The notes beneath the pieces were generated by a model. The model was not told the DNA's origin, did not search any database, and saw nothing but the letters and a program-made list of their open reading frames with translations. A stretch of DNA of 64,000 nt, taken from assembly GCA_000004985.1 (NCBI GenBank), contig GG738874.1. One strand, written 5' to 3'. This stretch comes from Naegleria gruberi (Eukaryota). The position numbers and the translations under genes are program-made. Below are positions 9,166 through 20,356 of this stretch, piece after piece; the stretch's first letter is position 1, and every line of letters starts with the position of its first letter.

Positions 9166-11002
9166 TTATCTTCTATTGTTGTTGGAATAGTATTTCTTAT
9201 TGTTTGAATTCTTCTTATTCTTATTATTATTACGATCCTTCGAGTAGCTTCTTTGAGAGTATTCCTCTTCCTCATCTTCATGATAGTGACGATTATTGTC
9301 ATTATATCTTTTATCATATCTATCATCGTCTTGATATCTATCATTATCTTGATATCTTCTATTATTGGATTTGTAATTGTAGTTATTATTATTTCTATTA
9401 TTCCTGCTATTACTATTATTATTGTAATCTCTATCTTGTTGTGATTGACTATAATTATTAGATCCCTTATATTTCTTATTCTTTTTAAATTTCTTCGAGG
9501 AATTTTGAGAGACATTCACATGAATATATTCATCCTCAGAGGCACTATTAGCTTGATCAAGCTTTCTCTTCTTTCCACCTTCCTTATGTTCTTTCAGCTT
9601 GGTAAATACCTTATTGAGCTGTTCCTTTCTACCTGAATAATCTGCTGGAAGGGCACCTCCATAGAGAAATTCATCACTCACCTTGCCAATATCCTTGGAA
9701 TGAACTTTGTTTTCTGGAGTGGCACACTTGTATGATTCCAATTCATGTGAGGTTAATTTTCTCCTTGTTCGTTCAGAGAGTTTTATGGCCATATCTCCCA
9801 TATCTAGAGCATTGTTCCAAGCAGTATTTCTATCACGAGATCTCGTATGTCTTGGGTCGATTGATTCGTAAAATCTTGAATCATTCGATTTGAAACTTTC
9901 CTTATTAAGCTCAATTTGGTCATAGTCAATTGGGAGAGTGCAATCACGAATAATGTGACCAACACCTAGGCAATTATAGCAAATCTTGTTAGAGTTTGGT
10001 GGTTTGTCCTCAATTTTAGGTTTTTCTACATCAATTTTTAAAGTTTTCAAATAGTTGGCATCGAAATTAATCTTCTCGGTGGCAAAGAGAGGATTGGCCT
10101 CTATAATACCAGAGCATAGCGTTACATTTTCCCTTTTTCTTCCCTTCTTTGAATGATTAATATATTCTTCATCTAATAATTTTTGAATCTTGTCAATTAA
10201 ATTGTGCGAAACATTTGTGAAAGATATTGAAATAGTTGATTCCTTTTCAGAGCTAGAGCTAGTATTTTCCGAAGCAGAGTTTTTTCTAAATGTTCTAATA
10301 GGTGCTTTTTCTGCACTTGGTGTAATTGCTAGTGTTGGTGTCTTGTTTGCCAACAAGTTGACCATTTCCGTTGTTGCAGAGAATGATGATGGTTGTTCTT
10401 CCTCTTCTCCTTCTTCTTCTAAATTTACTGTACAAGTTGAAATTGTTTTATCGGGAATAATACTTGGTTGAACAGATTCCTCTTCCTCCTCCTCTTCTTC
10501 TTCATCACTCTCAAACCCAGTATCTTCCTGTTGACTCTGTGAATCATCAATCATAATCACATCCTCTACTATCGATTCTTCCAAATCTTGTCTTGTTGGT
10601 GATTCCTTTTCCACATTATTTTCTTCCACTCGATCATTTCCATCATTATTGTTATTATGATTATTAATTTCTTTTTCCTCCTCATTATTATTATCACGAT
10701 CACTGATGATGATTATTATTATTACTAACAACAAGAGCACTAATTGGTGTTATCAAGTCCTCCTCCTCATCATCAATATTAATCAGTGATTGAGTTTTCT
10801 CCACTTGTATCGGAACTTCCTTATCATTTACACCATCATCATCATCATCAAATATATTACTATTTAATTGTAGTGATAAATTGTCTCCAATGGTTGGCAC
10901 TGTCGATGATGGTGTTGCACAGGCACTCATTTGTGAATCAAGAACTTCTACCACCTCAGGAATACTATCCGAAATGATAATTGCATGTTGTTGATCTGTC
11001 AT
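9166..11002 (-). CDS. CCHC zinc-knuckle protein (ZCCHC8/Air2-like?) with acidic poly-E stretch and a C-terminal RD/RY/N-rich low-complexity tail. Two overlapping minus-strand ORFs (11002..10700 and 10740..9166) differ by one frame, which implies a frameshift or unconventional junction near 10745-10790.
   Basis: CYNCLGVGHIIRDCTLP is a C-x2-C-x4-H-x4-C knuckle. Upstream ORF starts with real ATG at 11002 (MTDQQHAIIISDS...). Downstream ORF has no ATG before the knuckle region. The only GT..AG pair giving the right phase is 16 nt, too short for an intron. Confidence 0.55.
9170..9480. repeat. Coding low-complexity (AAT/GAT/AGA-rich), encodes N/D/R/Y repeats (RYQDNDRYQDDDRYDKRY...). The antisense frames give spurious I/Y-rich ORFs.
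   Basis: Direct reading. ORF-track entries 9204..9461(+), 9253..9444(+) and 9162..9515(-) are alternative frames of this tract. Confidence 0.6.
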
Positions 11003-11329
11003 TTTTTTTTCAAATTAAATTTAATATATTTACATAATTAAATTCTTACAATTAATTTCAATTCCAATATCAAATTAATTCTTTACAAAATTAGAATATT
11101 TCTATTAGAATGTGAACCACAACCGAATTCAAATCACATGATTCTCAATTCTCTCACCGTTTCAAATATGGAAAATGTTCATAAAATTGCTTGTCGAAAA
11201 ACAAAAAAACACTTTGAAAACTTCCATCAAACGAACTTTCTAATACTCTACAAAATTATTCGAATTTAACTTCTTCCAATTCCTCTTCTTTCTGCTTCTT
11301 TCGAAAAACAAAAAACTAAAAAAAAAAAT

Positions 11330-13135
11330 ATGAGAATAAGCAGAGCCAAGGTTGTAATCTTTCTCGTGTTTGGATTGGCCCTCTTCTTGATTCCCTTCAC
11401 CTATTTTGTATTGTTACAGAATAAGCATGTGCAGGAGGTTCTTAGGACATCTCCTCCCCCTCCACCGAGATATAAATTATTGCAAGAATTAACGACGAGT
11501 TATTCGAGGAGTATTTTGTTTGATTCGGAATCATTGCAGGATGGCAATAAACAATTACCGGAGGAAATTAGTAAATATTTGGAAAATGTGATGGAGAGGG
11601 CACAATTTCCGGCCGCTAGTGGAATACCACAATTGATGACCATTGTTGAATCGGAAAATGATTTTAAATTCGTGGAAAACTTGATTAATTCGGTGCATAA
11701 TTTTTATGAGAGGAAGATTGAGACTTATAATGTGGATGCAACGGTGCAGAAATCTCCAAACTTTCCAAAGAGTGGACTTATTCATGATCAAGTTTCTAAC
11801 TTTGCAACTGATGCCGAGTCAGTTTATTGGATGATTTGGAGTGCCTTGACATCTCAAGATTATAGGAAAGTAATTATTTGTAATGTAGGAATGAGTGAAG
11901 ATCAAGTAAAGATTGCAAGCAAGTGGAGAAATGTTCAAGTTGTCAAGGTTTCTACATATGAACTGCCCGAACAAATGAAGAAGAATTTAGAAATCAAGAC
12001 ACTTATACTCTATTTATTATTGCAGAATTATCATTCTGTTTTATATTTGGATCCGAGGATTCAACTTCGTGAAAATTTGGACGATTTGGAAAATATTCTC
12101 AACTCTCAAGGATATGTCCAACTCACAAAATCAGCAATATCAATGGCTCAGGATGGATCTTGTACTGATTCTGTAATTGGATTTGTACATGGCAGTAACA
12201 AGTACGATATCCTTGTTGATACACTTACTTGTCAATACAAGGGTGAGAATTGCAAGTTGATGGACATAATGAAAAAGGCAGGATCTCATTGCAGCTCTGA
12301 ATACTTCCCAATAGATTACATCTCAAGTGAGAATCAAATACAAAATGTGCAATTACTAGACGAAAAAGCAGTAGCTGTAGTAATACCATTTTTAGAAAAT
12401 CAACTCGGAAAAATATTGGGAAATCTTATTGAGTGGAACGAGCCACAATATGCTCCATGTGGTAATAAGAAGGATCTGAGGAAAACTTTTGATTTGATTT
12501 TTTATATGAATAAGGACGTGAATCAAGGTATTGAAAACACTTTAATTGAATCACTTTCAAAAAAGAAATCTGTAACAAAATGTTTCAGACAAGTAAGATT
12601 CTTGTATGCTCATTTGAATGAGGAAAAACATGACAAGTATCCATTCGGTCCAACCAATCAATTTTTTGGCATGTTGGTAGATAATGCAGACTTTTATACG
12701 ACATATTCACACTTTCTTTATTTGGAACCTGATGTCAAGGCATTGAGGCCATTCTGGTTGGAACATGTTACTTCAATACTCAAACATTACGAAATAGTCA
12801 AGCCAGATTTTTGGGTTATTGGATCACAGTTCAGAGGAGGAGGAAAAGTCTGGGCTTTGATTAATAGATTCCACGTGAATGGTAATGCTCTCTACACCAC
12901 AGATGCCTCATTCAGATATTATATGAAAATGATTAGAGATCATGCTCACGTCTTTGATATGGATCCATATGAATTTTTACTCACCTATGACAATTTCCAA
13001 CTCACAAAGCACGTGTGGAATAGAATGATATTCCATGAATTTATTCAAAATTGGTACAGAACTAGGTGGCCAGAAAAACAGTTACGTAAACTATTCCCAA
13101 GAACATATTTAATCCATGGTGGTTACAGAGAATAA
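11330..13135 (+). CDS. Type II (signal-anchor) membrane protein with large luminal domain; possibly a Golgi glycosyltransferase-like protein (hypothetical)
   Basis: ORF 11330..13135 with ATG. N-terminal KVVIFLVFGLALFLIPFTYFVLL anchor followed by PPPPPR and a 550-aa cysteine-containing globular domain. No family recognised by eye. Confidence 0.5.
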   Translation: MRISRAKVVIFLVFGLALFLIPFTYFVLLQNKHVQEVLRTSPPPPPRYKLLQELTTSYSRSILFDSESLQDGNKQLPEEISKYLENVMERAQFPAASGIPQLMTIVESENDFKFVENLINSVHNFYERKIETYNVDATVQKSPNFPKSGLIHDQVSNFATDAESVYWMIWSALTSQDYRKVIICNVGMSEDQVKIASKWRNVQVVKVSTYELPEQMKKNLEIKTLILYLLLQNYHSVLYLDPRIQLRENLDDLENILNSQGYVQLTKSAISMAQDGSCTDSVIGFVHGSNKYDILVDTLTCQYKGENCKLMDIMKKAGSHCSSEYFPIDYISSENQIQNVQLLDEKAVAVVIPFLENQLGKILGNLIEWNEPQYAPCGNKKDLRKTFDLIFYMNKDVNQGIENTLIESLSKKKSVTKCFRQVRFLYAHLNEEKHDKYPFGPTNQFFGMLVDNADFYTTYSHFLYLEPDVKALRPFWLEHVTSILKHYEIVKPDFWVIGSQFRGGGKVWALINRFHVNGNALYTTDASFRYYMKMIRDHAHVFDMDPYEFLLTYDNFQLTKHVWNRMIFHEFIQNWYRTRWPEKQLRKLFPRTYLIHGGYRE

Positions 13136-13323
13136 AGGTAACAAGTTACACTTTTTCAAAACACGTCAAAATCAAGATAAATACAGAACAAATACTAAAA
13201 TTCATAGTGGATTGATTGTGATATTTAAAAAGGATAATATTTCAGTAGGCAAGAATTTAAAGTAATCTTATTATCAAAAGCTGAGTTATTGCGCATTGCG
13301 TAATTACATAAATTTCATAATCC

Positions 13324-14367
13324 TCAATGCTTACTCTTCTTTGCACCACTCTTAGCTTGTGATGACTCTGCGAGTTTACGCTTATTAGCTGAATTTGAAA
13401 CAGATTCTCTCATGTAGGAATCGACATAAATGATTGGATCATCAAAATCCATTTCCTTCATCCACTCCTTAAATTTGTTGGTCATCTTTGATTTTCCATG
13501 CAAAAATGGCCAATACCAATGATAACACAAAGTATTGTAAACTCTCTCAGTATTCAATTCTGGTGGTATTTGATCTTGTTCTACACTAATAAAGTGATTC
13601 ATAATTTCAAACGTGTCCGCACTCGTTCCCTCTACATAACCGTCCTCTGCATAGAAAATAAAATTGTCAAATGCAAAAACTCTCTCATCAAAGTGAGTTA
13701 TTCCTTGGATTTGATTGTAAATACCGGTAAATGAAAATTTCAAGGGATAACCAAATCCCATATAGACAGTGGCCTCAATTTCAAAACCTCCTATCTTTGC
13801 ATTTAATTCAGGTTTTAACTGCTTGATTGAGTGGACAATGATTTGCTTGCATTCACCTCCTTTCCAGAATTGTGAGACATCTTTAATCTCATAAATAGTG
13901 CCACCATCATTAATAATCAAGTCACAATTATAATAGTGTGAAAATAGTTTTTCGTGAATTTCAAAGGCCATAGATATTCTGGAAATGGTTTCTTCAATTT
14001 CCTTAACATATGGCAAGGTGTCATTTGCACAAAACTTGGAAATTACACTTGTCAAATTTCTCTTTGGAATTAAACTATTACTGATGAACTCTTTAAAAAT
14101 TGCCTGCATTGATTCATAATTTTTCAACTTGTGTGAAACCTTTCCTCCAATACCAACCATTTGATCCAAAAGACCAACTTGTTCATTAGAAAGCTTGAAA
14201 ACATTGGCCATGTAAAGTCTTGCAAAATATTCGGAAGAGAATACTGCAGAAAATGTTCTACTAATCAGAGGTGGTTCATTTCTCAACCAATCACTCACAT
14301 TGGAAAAGGAGAGGATTTTCTCTACTATCAATTCTTGATTAAAAACTGGATGGGAACTTGGGTGCAT
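13324..14367 (-). CDS. Hypothetical protein (347 aa), no recognisable domain
   Basis: ORF 13324..14367. ATG at 14367 (MHPSSHPVFNQ...). Confidence 0.45.
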   Translation of the reverse strand: MHPSSHPVFNQELIVEKILSFSNVSDWLRNEPPLISRTFSAVFSSEYFARLYMANVFKLSNEQVGLLDQMVGIGGKVSHKLKNYESMQAIFKEFISNSLIPKRNLTSVISKFCANDTLPYVKEIEETISRISMAFEIHEKLFSHYYNCDLIINDGGTIYEIKDVSQFWKGGECKQIIVHSIKQLKPELNAKIGGFEIEATVYMGFGYPLKFSFTGIYNQIQGITHFDERVFAFDNFIFYAEDGYVEGTSADTFEIMNHFISVEQDQIPPELNTERVYNTLCYHWYWPFLHGKSKMTNKFKEWMKEMDFDDPIIYVDSYMRESVSNSANKRKLAESSQAKSGAKKSKH

Positions 14368-14544
14368 TTTTTTTTATCTAGTTTTGGGTCGACAATTAGT
14401 TTTTGTTACAATGTATGTCCAATTTTCAAAGAAAAAAAATTGGTTGCTTTTAATATAAACATAATTAAAATTACTTCTGCTTAACCACTGCTAGCCTGGC
14501 CCATAGTTAAATACGAAGTAAATGTTAAAAGATATTTCCCGTGA

Positions 14545-14617
14545 TCCCCCTTAGCTCAGTCGGTAGAGCGTCAGACTGTTAATCTGCAGGTCGGTGGTTC
14601 GAGCCCACCAGGGGGAG
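14545..14617 (+). tRNA. trnN-GUU: tRNA-Asn (anticodon GTT)
   Basis: Cloverleaf folded by hand. Acceptor TCCCCCT/AGGGGGA. D-arm GCTC-AGTCGGTA-GAGC. Anticodon loop CT-GTT-AA. T-arm GGTGG-TTCGAGC-CCACC. Discriminator G. No intron. CCA not encoded (eukaryotic). Confidence 0.9.
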
Positions 14618-14721
14618 ACAATGTTATTTTATTTTTTTCTTTTCATTACTAATTAAATTCGCAAAGCTCAATAATGCATTAACTTCTTTTTTTTTGTCAC
14701 TTCTGAGGTTTGATTCGAATT

Positions 14722-15828
14722 TCAATAGCATGTCTTTCTGTTGATAATTCCACTTCCATATTCAGCATACTCTTCACTTCTAATCCAGGTGGATTCAAAA
14801 GTTGAAAGGGATCCTAAGATATTAGCACCAATCCAAGCTGAATATTTTCTTTCTGGAGGTGCAACAACTTTAACCTTATTATCAAAAGCTAATTGATTCA
14901 ATTCCTTCAAAATTCTCTCTGAAAATCCATCAAACATTGTACTTCCTCCACTCAATATTATATTCTCAAAAAACTTGTTTTTCATTTTGGCATCAGTATT
15001 CGAATTAATCGAGTCAATTACCATTTTGTGAACGCCATCCAAATCCATTCCAATCATTGATGGTTGAAACATTATTTCTGGGCACTTGATGCATTCACTT
15101 CTAATGCACAGATTATTTCCATCAGGTAGCTCATAATTTTTCCCAGAACATTCCTCATTCAATTCTCTTTCAAAATCCAATGCAACACGACATGTTTTTT
15201 CCTTAATATCTGTGACTAAACTTCGATCTCTGAAAGTATTACCACTATCTTTTAACAGTTTATCCATGTGGTCTGTTAGCTCATTGCCCGCTAAATCCAT
15301 TCTTCTTACTCCATTTCGAATAATACATCCCTCATAAATAGGTACTGAACTAGATGTTCCCTCTCCACAATCCAAAACAACTCCACTCGATCTTCCAGAC
15401 GAAATCAATACCAGCAATGCATTCGGACAACTATTCATAAGTGGAACTTTAAATTTTTCAAATAACATCTCAGCCAACTTTCTCCTATTTTGTTTCGGAT
15501 TAAAACAACCTTCTCCCAAAATTATTCCCTGATTCTCAGGCTCAACCCTAAGCTCATTAAAAAACACATGTTCAAATAAAATTTCCATATCATCCCAATT
15601 TGTAATCACATCACGATCCATTGGTTTGGAAAGTTTGAGAATGGCCTTCTTAATGACGGCTTCATCACCCACAAAAACATTCTTCATGCCAGGAATGATC
15701 ATTCCCTTTATTTTTGGTCTGCCAATATAGGGAGGAAAGACAGCCCGTGGAGCATCCCTGCAAACAAATCCTGCACGAATGTTGCCGAAACCAATGTCCA
15801 TACAAATGGCTCTGTCCAATTCTGTCAT
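14722..15828 (-). CDS. Divergent actin-family protein (actin-related protein, Arp)
   Basis: ORF 14722..15828 with ATG. DIGFGNIRAGFVCRDAPRAVFPPYIGRP matches the actin N-terminal phosphate-1 loop. C-terminal KYSAWIGANILGSLSTFESTWIRSEEYAEYGSGIINRKTCY matches actin [29 protein letters not shown]...HRKCF. Confidence 0.85.
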   Translation of the reverse strand: MTELDRAICMDIGFGNIRAGFVCRDAPRAVFPPYIGRPKIKGMIIPGMKNVFVGDEAVIKKAILKLSKPMDRDVITNWDDMEILFEHVFFNELRVEPENQGIILGEGCFNPKQNRRKLAEMLFEKFKVPLMNSCPNALLVLISSGRSSGVVLDCGEGTSSSVPIYEGCIIRNGVRRMDLAGNELTDHMDKLLKDSGNTFRDRSLVTDIKEKTCRVALDFERELNEECSGKNYELPDGNNLCIRSECIKCPEIMFQPSMIGMDLDGVHKMVIDSINSNTDAKMKNKFFENIILSGGSTMFDGFSERILKELNQLAFDNKVKVVAPPERKYSAWIGANILGSLSTFESTWIRSEEYAEYGSGIINRKTCY

Positions 15829-15995
15829 TTTTTTTGTAAAGTTTAAAGTTCATCTATGTAAATATCAACACCTGAGAAATCTTTACAATTTTTAATACAA
15901 TTAAATATAATAATTTTCATAACAATTTAAAAGATACTTTCCTTTTATGAAAACACGTGTTTGTTTAAATTATTTCAATTATTATTTAAAAAAAA

Positions 15996-16801
15996 ATGTT
16001 TTGGTTAATTGGCTTGGGAATTGCACTGATTTTATGTCTCGCTCGACTTTTTATGATCCTTCCGAAGAGGATTAAAGAAGGAAGTTTTAAATTGGATAAA
16101 TCAAACAAGAAATTATCATCACCATCATCAATAATTAAAACTCTTGTTGTTTTGGGTTCAGGAGGTCATACGGGAGAAATGATGGATGTTATTCAAACTC
16201 TTGATCCGAAACGATACAAGTTGGAATTTGTATTGGCTGATACTGATTCTACGAGTGAGAAGTTTGTTAGGAATTTATTGAAGGATAAGACTGATTTTGA
16301 ACCTCTTTCTTTCCATTACATTCCGAGAAGTAGAGAGGTACATCAGTCTTATTTTACTTCTATATTTACAACTTTGAAAGCCTTGTTTTATACTACTGTG
16401 ATTACGAATGTAAATATTAATCCTGATTTGGTAGGTTTCATTGTTGGATGTGTTTTGAAATTTATTAAGGAATTATTAATGTTTAGATTATTGTAAATGG
16501 ACCAGGAACGTGTATTCCAGTTTGTTTATCTGCTTATCTTACAAGAGTGAGTTTTTCTTTAATTTCCAATATTTTGACTATTGATATTAATTAATTGAAA
16601 TTATGTGGAATACATGTTTCAATTCAGTTTTTGGGTATTAAACATGTAAAAATCATCTTTATTGAAAGTGTTTGTAGAGTAGAATCATTGTCAGCCTCAG
16701 GTAAGATAATGTATCTCCTTGCAGATAGATTTCTTGTCCACTGGCCACAACTCCAACACAAATATAAGAATGTAGAATACCACGGACGAATGTGTTATTA
16801 A
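15996..16801 (+). CDS. ALG14: ALG14 (UDP-GlcNAc transferase membrane subunit), 3 exons: 15996..16430, 16487..16546, 16628..16801. Introns 16431..16486 (gtaggt...gtttag, 56 nt) and 16547..16627 (gtgagt...attcag, 81 nt).
   Basis: VVLGSGGHTGEM is the Alg14 signature. Exon 2 IIVNGPGTCIPVCLSAYLTR and exon 3 FLGIKHVKIIFIESVCRVESLSASGKIMYLLADRFLVHWPQLQHKYKNVEYHGRMCY align to yeast Alg14 (PDVIICNGPGTCVPLC / FVESFARVNTLSLTGKIL...VQWPEL). All phases 0. Confidence 0.85.
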
Positions 16802-17012
16802 GGAGTAATTTAACACCCAATTACACACTTAATATAATTTTAACAGTTTAATTTTACCAATTTCACTTTTAATTTCGAATCAATAGTATAATAACAATCA
16901 ATGGAAATATTCCAAATGGTCCCAAATAGCAAGATGGCAAACTTCGTTAAAGTAATCGTTTATGAAACAGTAAAATTGAGCGCCTTAATTCTTCATCATC
17001 AAAAAAAAAGCC

Positions 17013-19094
17013 ATGAGTCATCGGTTTGATGAGTTGGCAAGTATTGACACTCTATCGATTCCCTCTATTGATGATGAGGACGATATGATGTTATATAAAA
17101 AGTATTTAGGAGAGGATGAGGAGCTGATTCAGCTGCACAACCTTGATACCAAAGTGGGGAGTAATAGAAAACCTTATCAACAACAAAAGAAGAATATAAG
17201 GAGAAGGGAATTTGGAGAAATTGTAGAGGAGGTAATAATCAATGATGATGAAATCTCTTCTTCCGGATCAGAAAAGTACATATCACCACGAGAGAACAAA
17301 TATTTGGATGAAGTTAATGAATTACTTGGAAAGGCTAAAGCTGAAAGAGAAAATTCACCAACAAAACAAACAACCCCGGACACTGCTCGTTTCCTCACGA
17401 AAATTAAAAAGTCTTTAGAGGATAACTTGGATGATGTTATTGAGGAGAGTACACGACTTTTAAAAGAAGCCTTACCAATGTTTTCCTATGAAACCAAGCA
17501 AGGGACGAGAGAAAACTTTTCCGACATGATTAAGAGGCAGCAAAAAGCCACTGCAAAGAAGGAAGAGCCATCTTCTTCATCTCTGTTTACTTCTGATTTT
17601 GATGATGATATTCCAATGATGACAATTTCAAAACCAATTAATGAATTTCCTAATTACTCTTCCGAGTATAGAAATTATGAAGTTTTTGAATCAAAAAAGA
17701 ATAAGAAACTTTTGGATAAGGATCATGATGATATCTCAACAAAATTCTTCCCTCACCTTCATGAAACAATTCAAAGATCGACTCCACTCAAGAATAGGAG
17801 ATTAAAAGCAAATGTTGTGAAAACTCCAAAAGTAAATCCAGATCAGAATAATGAGTACTATGCAAAATCAACTGAAATTTTACCAAGCAATATGGAAAAT
17901 AGACATGTATATGAAATAGATGAAGATCCATCCCCTAACAAAGAGGAAGAACTCAAGAAGGATAAACCTCAAAGGCAACATCTCGATTCAAGACAGTCAC
18001 GATTTACAGGACCCAAGAAGCAACGAGAATCAGTACAGAAAACAGAAAATAAGATACCAAAAAACGAACAAAAAGAGGAACCAAAAGTTGTTGAGACAGT
18101 TCCAGAGGTGATTGAGGACAAACCTCTCATTTTTGAATACATTAAACCGAAAGTGAGAGAAATTGAGTTTGCATCTCCTTCCTCTCCAGTTGAACCATTT
18201 GAACAGGTTGAATCAATGGAAGAACTAAGTGTAGAAGAGACTTCTCCTCGTGTGGTAAATATGATGAATCAGAATCTTAATGTTTTTCATGATCCAGTTA
18301 ATATTCAAGAAGAACAACCAAATCAAGTTTTCAATGAAGAATCACAAGAAACAACAGATCAATATGAAAAGAGAGAAGAACCACTCACTGTACAATCATT
18401 TGAAGAGTTCAACTTTGACTCCAATGAAATATCACCTGCCATTAATGAAGAATCAAAGCTTGAAACAGAAGAAACTATCCTCAATAAGGATGATGAAAAA
18501 CAAGAGGAATCGTTCTATGAAAATGAATCTCCAATGATATCCAGAGATTTGGATAACATTGGTTTCCAAGATATCATAAGAGATTTGAACTTTACAACTG
18601 AAACCATTTTAAGAGCTTGTTCTTCGTCAGTGGTTGATATTGAGCCAATCAATATTCCAAACTTTATTCCTCAAGAGGAAGATCAAATAGCCAAAGAAAA
18701 CACACTGAACCATGATGAGCCTCACACTCCAGCAAGAGAACAAGTACCTATAGAGGCATTAATTCCATTCTCACCAATGATTTATGACCAATACAGTCCT
18801 ATCCATAACATTCCATCACCTCAAAGTCCAATTGAAACTCCCCAACCAACCCCTCCAAAGAAGAAGATTTCCTCCAATAATTTAAATAAGAAAAAGACCA
18901 TAGCTACACCAAGAGAACACAATGCACCACTCGAAGAATCATTCATTCCCTACTCTGGAGTAAGACACTTACAAAAAACCACCTACAACCATTCCACAAT
19001 TGATTGGTATTTAAATTTGTGCAGTAACAAGTACAGTAGAACTCCCTCCACAAGTCAAAACAATACAGATAAGGGCGTGGTCAAGTGGGTGTAA
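17013..19094 (+). CDS. Hypothetical acidic, S/E/K/P-rich intrinsically disordered protein (693 aa)
   Basis: ORF 17013..19094 with ATG. Low complexity. No domain recognised. Confidence 0.45.
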   Translation: MSHRFDELASIDTLSIPSIDDEDDMMLYKKYLGEDEELIQLHNLDTKVGSNRKPYQQQKKNIRRREFGEIVEEVIINDDEISSSGSEKYISPRENKYLDEVNELLGKAKAERENSPTKQTTPDTARFLTKIKKSLEDNLDDVIEESTRLLKEALPMFSYETKQGTRENFSDMIKRQQKATAKKEEPSSSSLFTSDFDDDIPMMTISKPINEFPNYSSEYRNYEVFESKKNKKLLDKDHDDISTKFFPHLHETIQRSTPLKNRRLKANVVKTPKVNPDQNNEYYAKSTEILPSNMENRHVYEIDEDPSPNKEEELKKDKPQRQHLDSRQSRFTGPKKQRESVQKTENKIPKNEQKEEPKVVETVPEVIEDKPLIFEYIKPKVREIEFASPSSPVEPFEQVESMEELSVEETSPRVVNMMNQNLNVFHDPVNIQEEQPNQVFNEESQETTDQYEKREEPLTVQSFEEFNFDSNEISPAINEESKLETEETILNKDDEKQEESFYENESPMISRDLDNIGFQDIIRDLNFTTETILRACSSSVVDIEPINIPNFIPQEEDQIAKENTLNHDEPHTPAREQVPIEALIPFSPMIYDQYSPIHNIPSPQSPIETPQPTPPKKKISSNNLNKKKTIATPREHNAPLEESFIPYSGVRHLQKTTYNHSTIDWYLNLCSNKYSRTPSTSQNNTDKGVVKWV

Positions 19095-19224
19095 AGATGA
19101 ATTATTATCATTCAAATTGTACCATAAGAATCAACAAGAACGGATTCCACCATAGAGTCAACCCATTAATATTTTACACAACCAACAAACATTTTAAACA
19201 ATTTAATTAAATAAAAAATTTTGA

Positions 19225-19503
19225 ATGATAACAAAAGGCGCCAACACATCTCGTAGAATTATTGAAGACCTTCCCCTCTCCTACTTTATCCTTCGTGCAC
19301 AAAGTTTAAAATTATATCGTCAAACATTGAGACAAACACAACAAATACAAAGAGCCGATACAAGAAGAGAGGTTCGTCAGCAAGTCAGACAATTCATCGA
19401 CCCGTACAAACATAACAAGGACGTTGAGTTGGGTAAACGAGCACTTTCGGAAGCACGTTCTCAAATTAAATACTTGGAACAACTTATTTCTATGAGTCAA
19501 TAA
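19225..19503 (+). CDS. LYR-motif (Complex1_LYR family) small protein, probably mitochondrial
   Basis: 92 aa. SLKLYRQTLRQ contains the L-Y-R tripeptide with downstream basic residues and conserved F (RQFIDPYKHNKD), typical of LYRM/ISD11-like proteins. Confidence 0.6.
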   Translation: MITKGANTSRRIIEDLPLSYFILRAQSLKLYRQTLRQTQQIQRADTRREVRQQVRQFIDPYKHNKDVELGKRALSEARSQIKYLEQLISMSQ

Positions 19504-19608
19504 TAGTAGGAATACATAATAATCATCATCATTCGAGAAGAAAATAATTCATTTGGAATTTATATTGAATATTTAATAATTTGGAAATATAATTTTTGGA
19601 ATTTAGAT

Positions 19609-20313
19609 ATGACTATTACTAATCGATCATCACAATTGCTCATCACAAAATCATACAATGAATTTTTGTATTATTTAAAGAGTATTCATCAACAGCAGCG
19701 TCAAGCAACAAAATTTACTCCGTATCCCTTGTTGGGAATGGATTTGGGAACAAGAAATATTGGTTTATCCTTGACTGTTCGACAACAATTGAAAGATTCG
19801 GATGATTTAAAGCTGTTGGTTCGGTCTCTTTCTAATTTTTCACAACACAACCAGAATACTCTAAAAAGGACGATTGTTAAAGCAAAGCCATTGACCACCT
19901 TATCAATGAATACAGATTTGGAACCAGAATTAATGTATAGAGATCTTAGTTTAAATATTGAGCAATTATGTGAAAAGTTTAAAGTGAAAGGAATTGTGGC
20001 AGGTTATCAAACGAATTATAGTTCATCTGATGAGTTACTCACAGTTTTAAATAATATGATAATTTCTGGCGATTTTCTCTACTCAATGCCAATACTGTTA
20101 CAAGATGAAAGCAGATCCTCGTTTGAATCTTACATTCACTTGGTAGATCAGAAAACAAATGCCAATCACAATATGGGAGTCATGGATGCCTTCAAACGAT
20201 ACAAGCAAGATATTGATACTATGAAAAAGCAAGACAAGATGAAACTAAACTCTATCAGTGCTGCTGTCATTTTGGATAGAGCAATTAAGGAAATTCAAAA
20301 AATAAACAAGTAG
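19609..20313 (+). CDS. YqgF/RuvX-like (RNase H-fold) putative Holliday-junction resolvase / pre-rRNA nuclease domain protein, likely organelle-targeted
   Basis: LLGMDLGTRNIGLSLT matches the YqgF N-terminal G-x-D-x-G-x-x-x-x-G-x-A catalytic motif. C-terminal NSISAAVILDRAIKE matches the YqgF SAAxIL tail. The 40-aa N-terminal extension is presequence-like. Confidence 0.55.
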   Translation: MTITNRSSQLLITKSYNEFLYYLKSIHQQQRQATKFTPYPLLGMDLGTRNIGLSLTVRQQLKDSDDLKLLVRSLSNFSQHNQNTLKRTIVKAKPLTTLSMNTDLEPELMYRDLSLNIEQLCEKFKVKGIVAGYQTNYSSSDELLTVLNNMIISGDFLYSMPILLQDESRSSFESYIHLVDQKTNANHNMGVMDAFKRYKQDIDTMKKQDKMKLNSISAAVILDRAIKEIQKINK

Positions 20314-20356
20314 AATTGATTATTCTTTCATTAAAAATCAAAGTAATCAAATAACT

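Noticed and set aside
9204-9636. Plus-strand ORFs rich in I/Y/F (9204..9461, 9253..9444, 9445..9636)
   Set aside because: Antisense frames of the AAT/GAT/AGA coding repeat of the CCHC gene.
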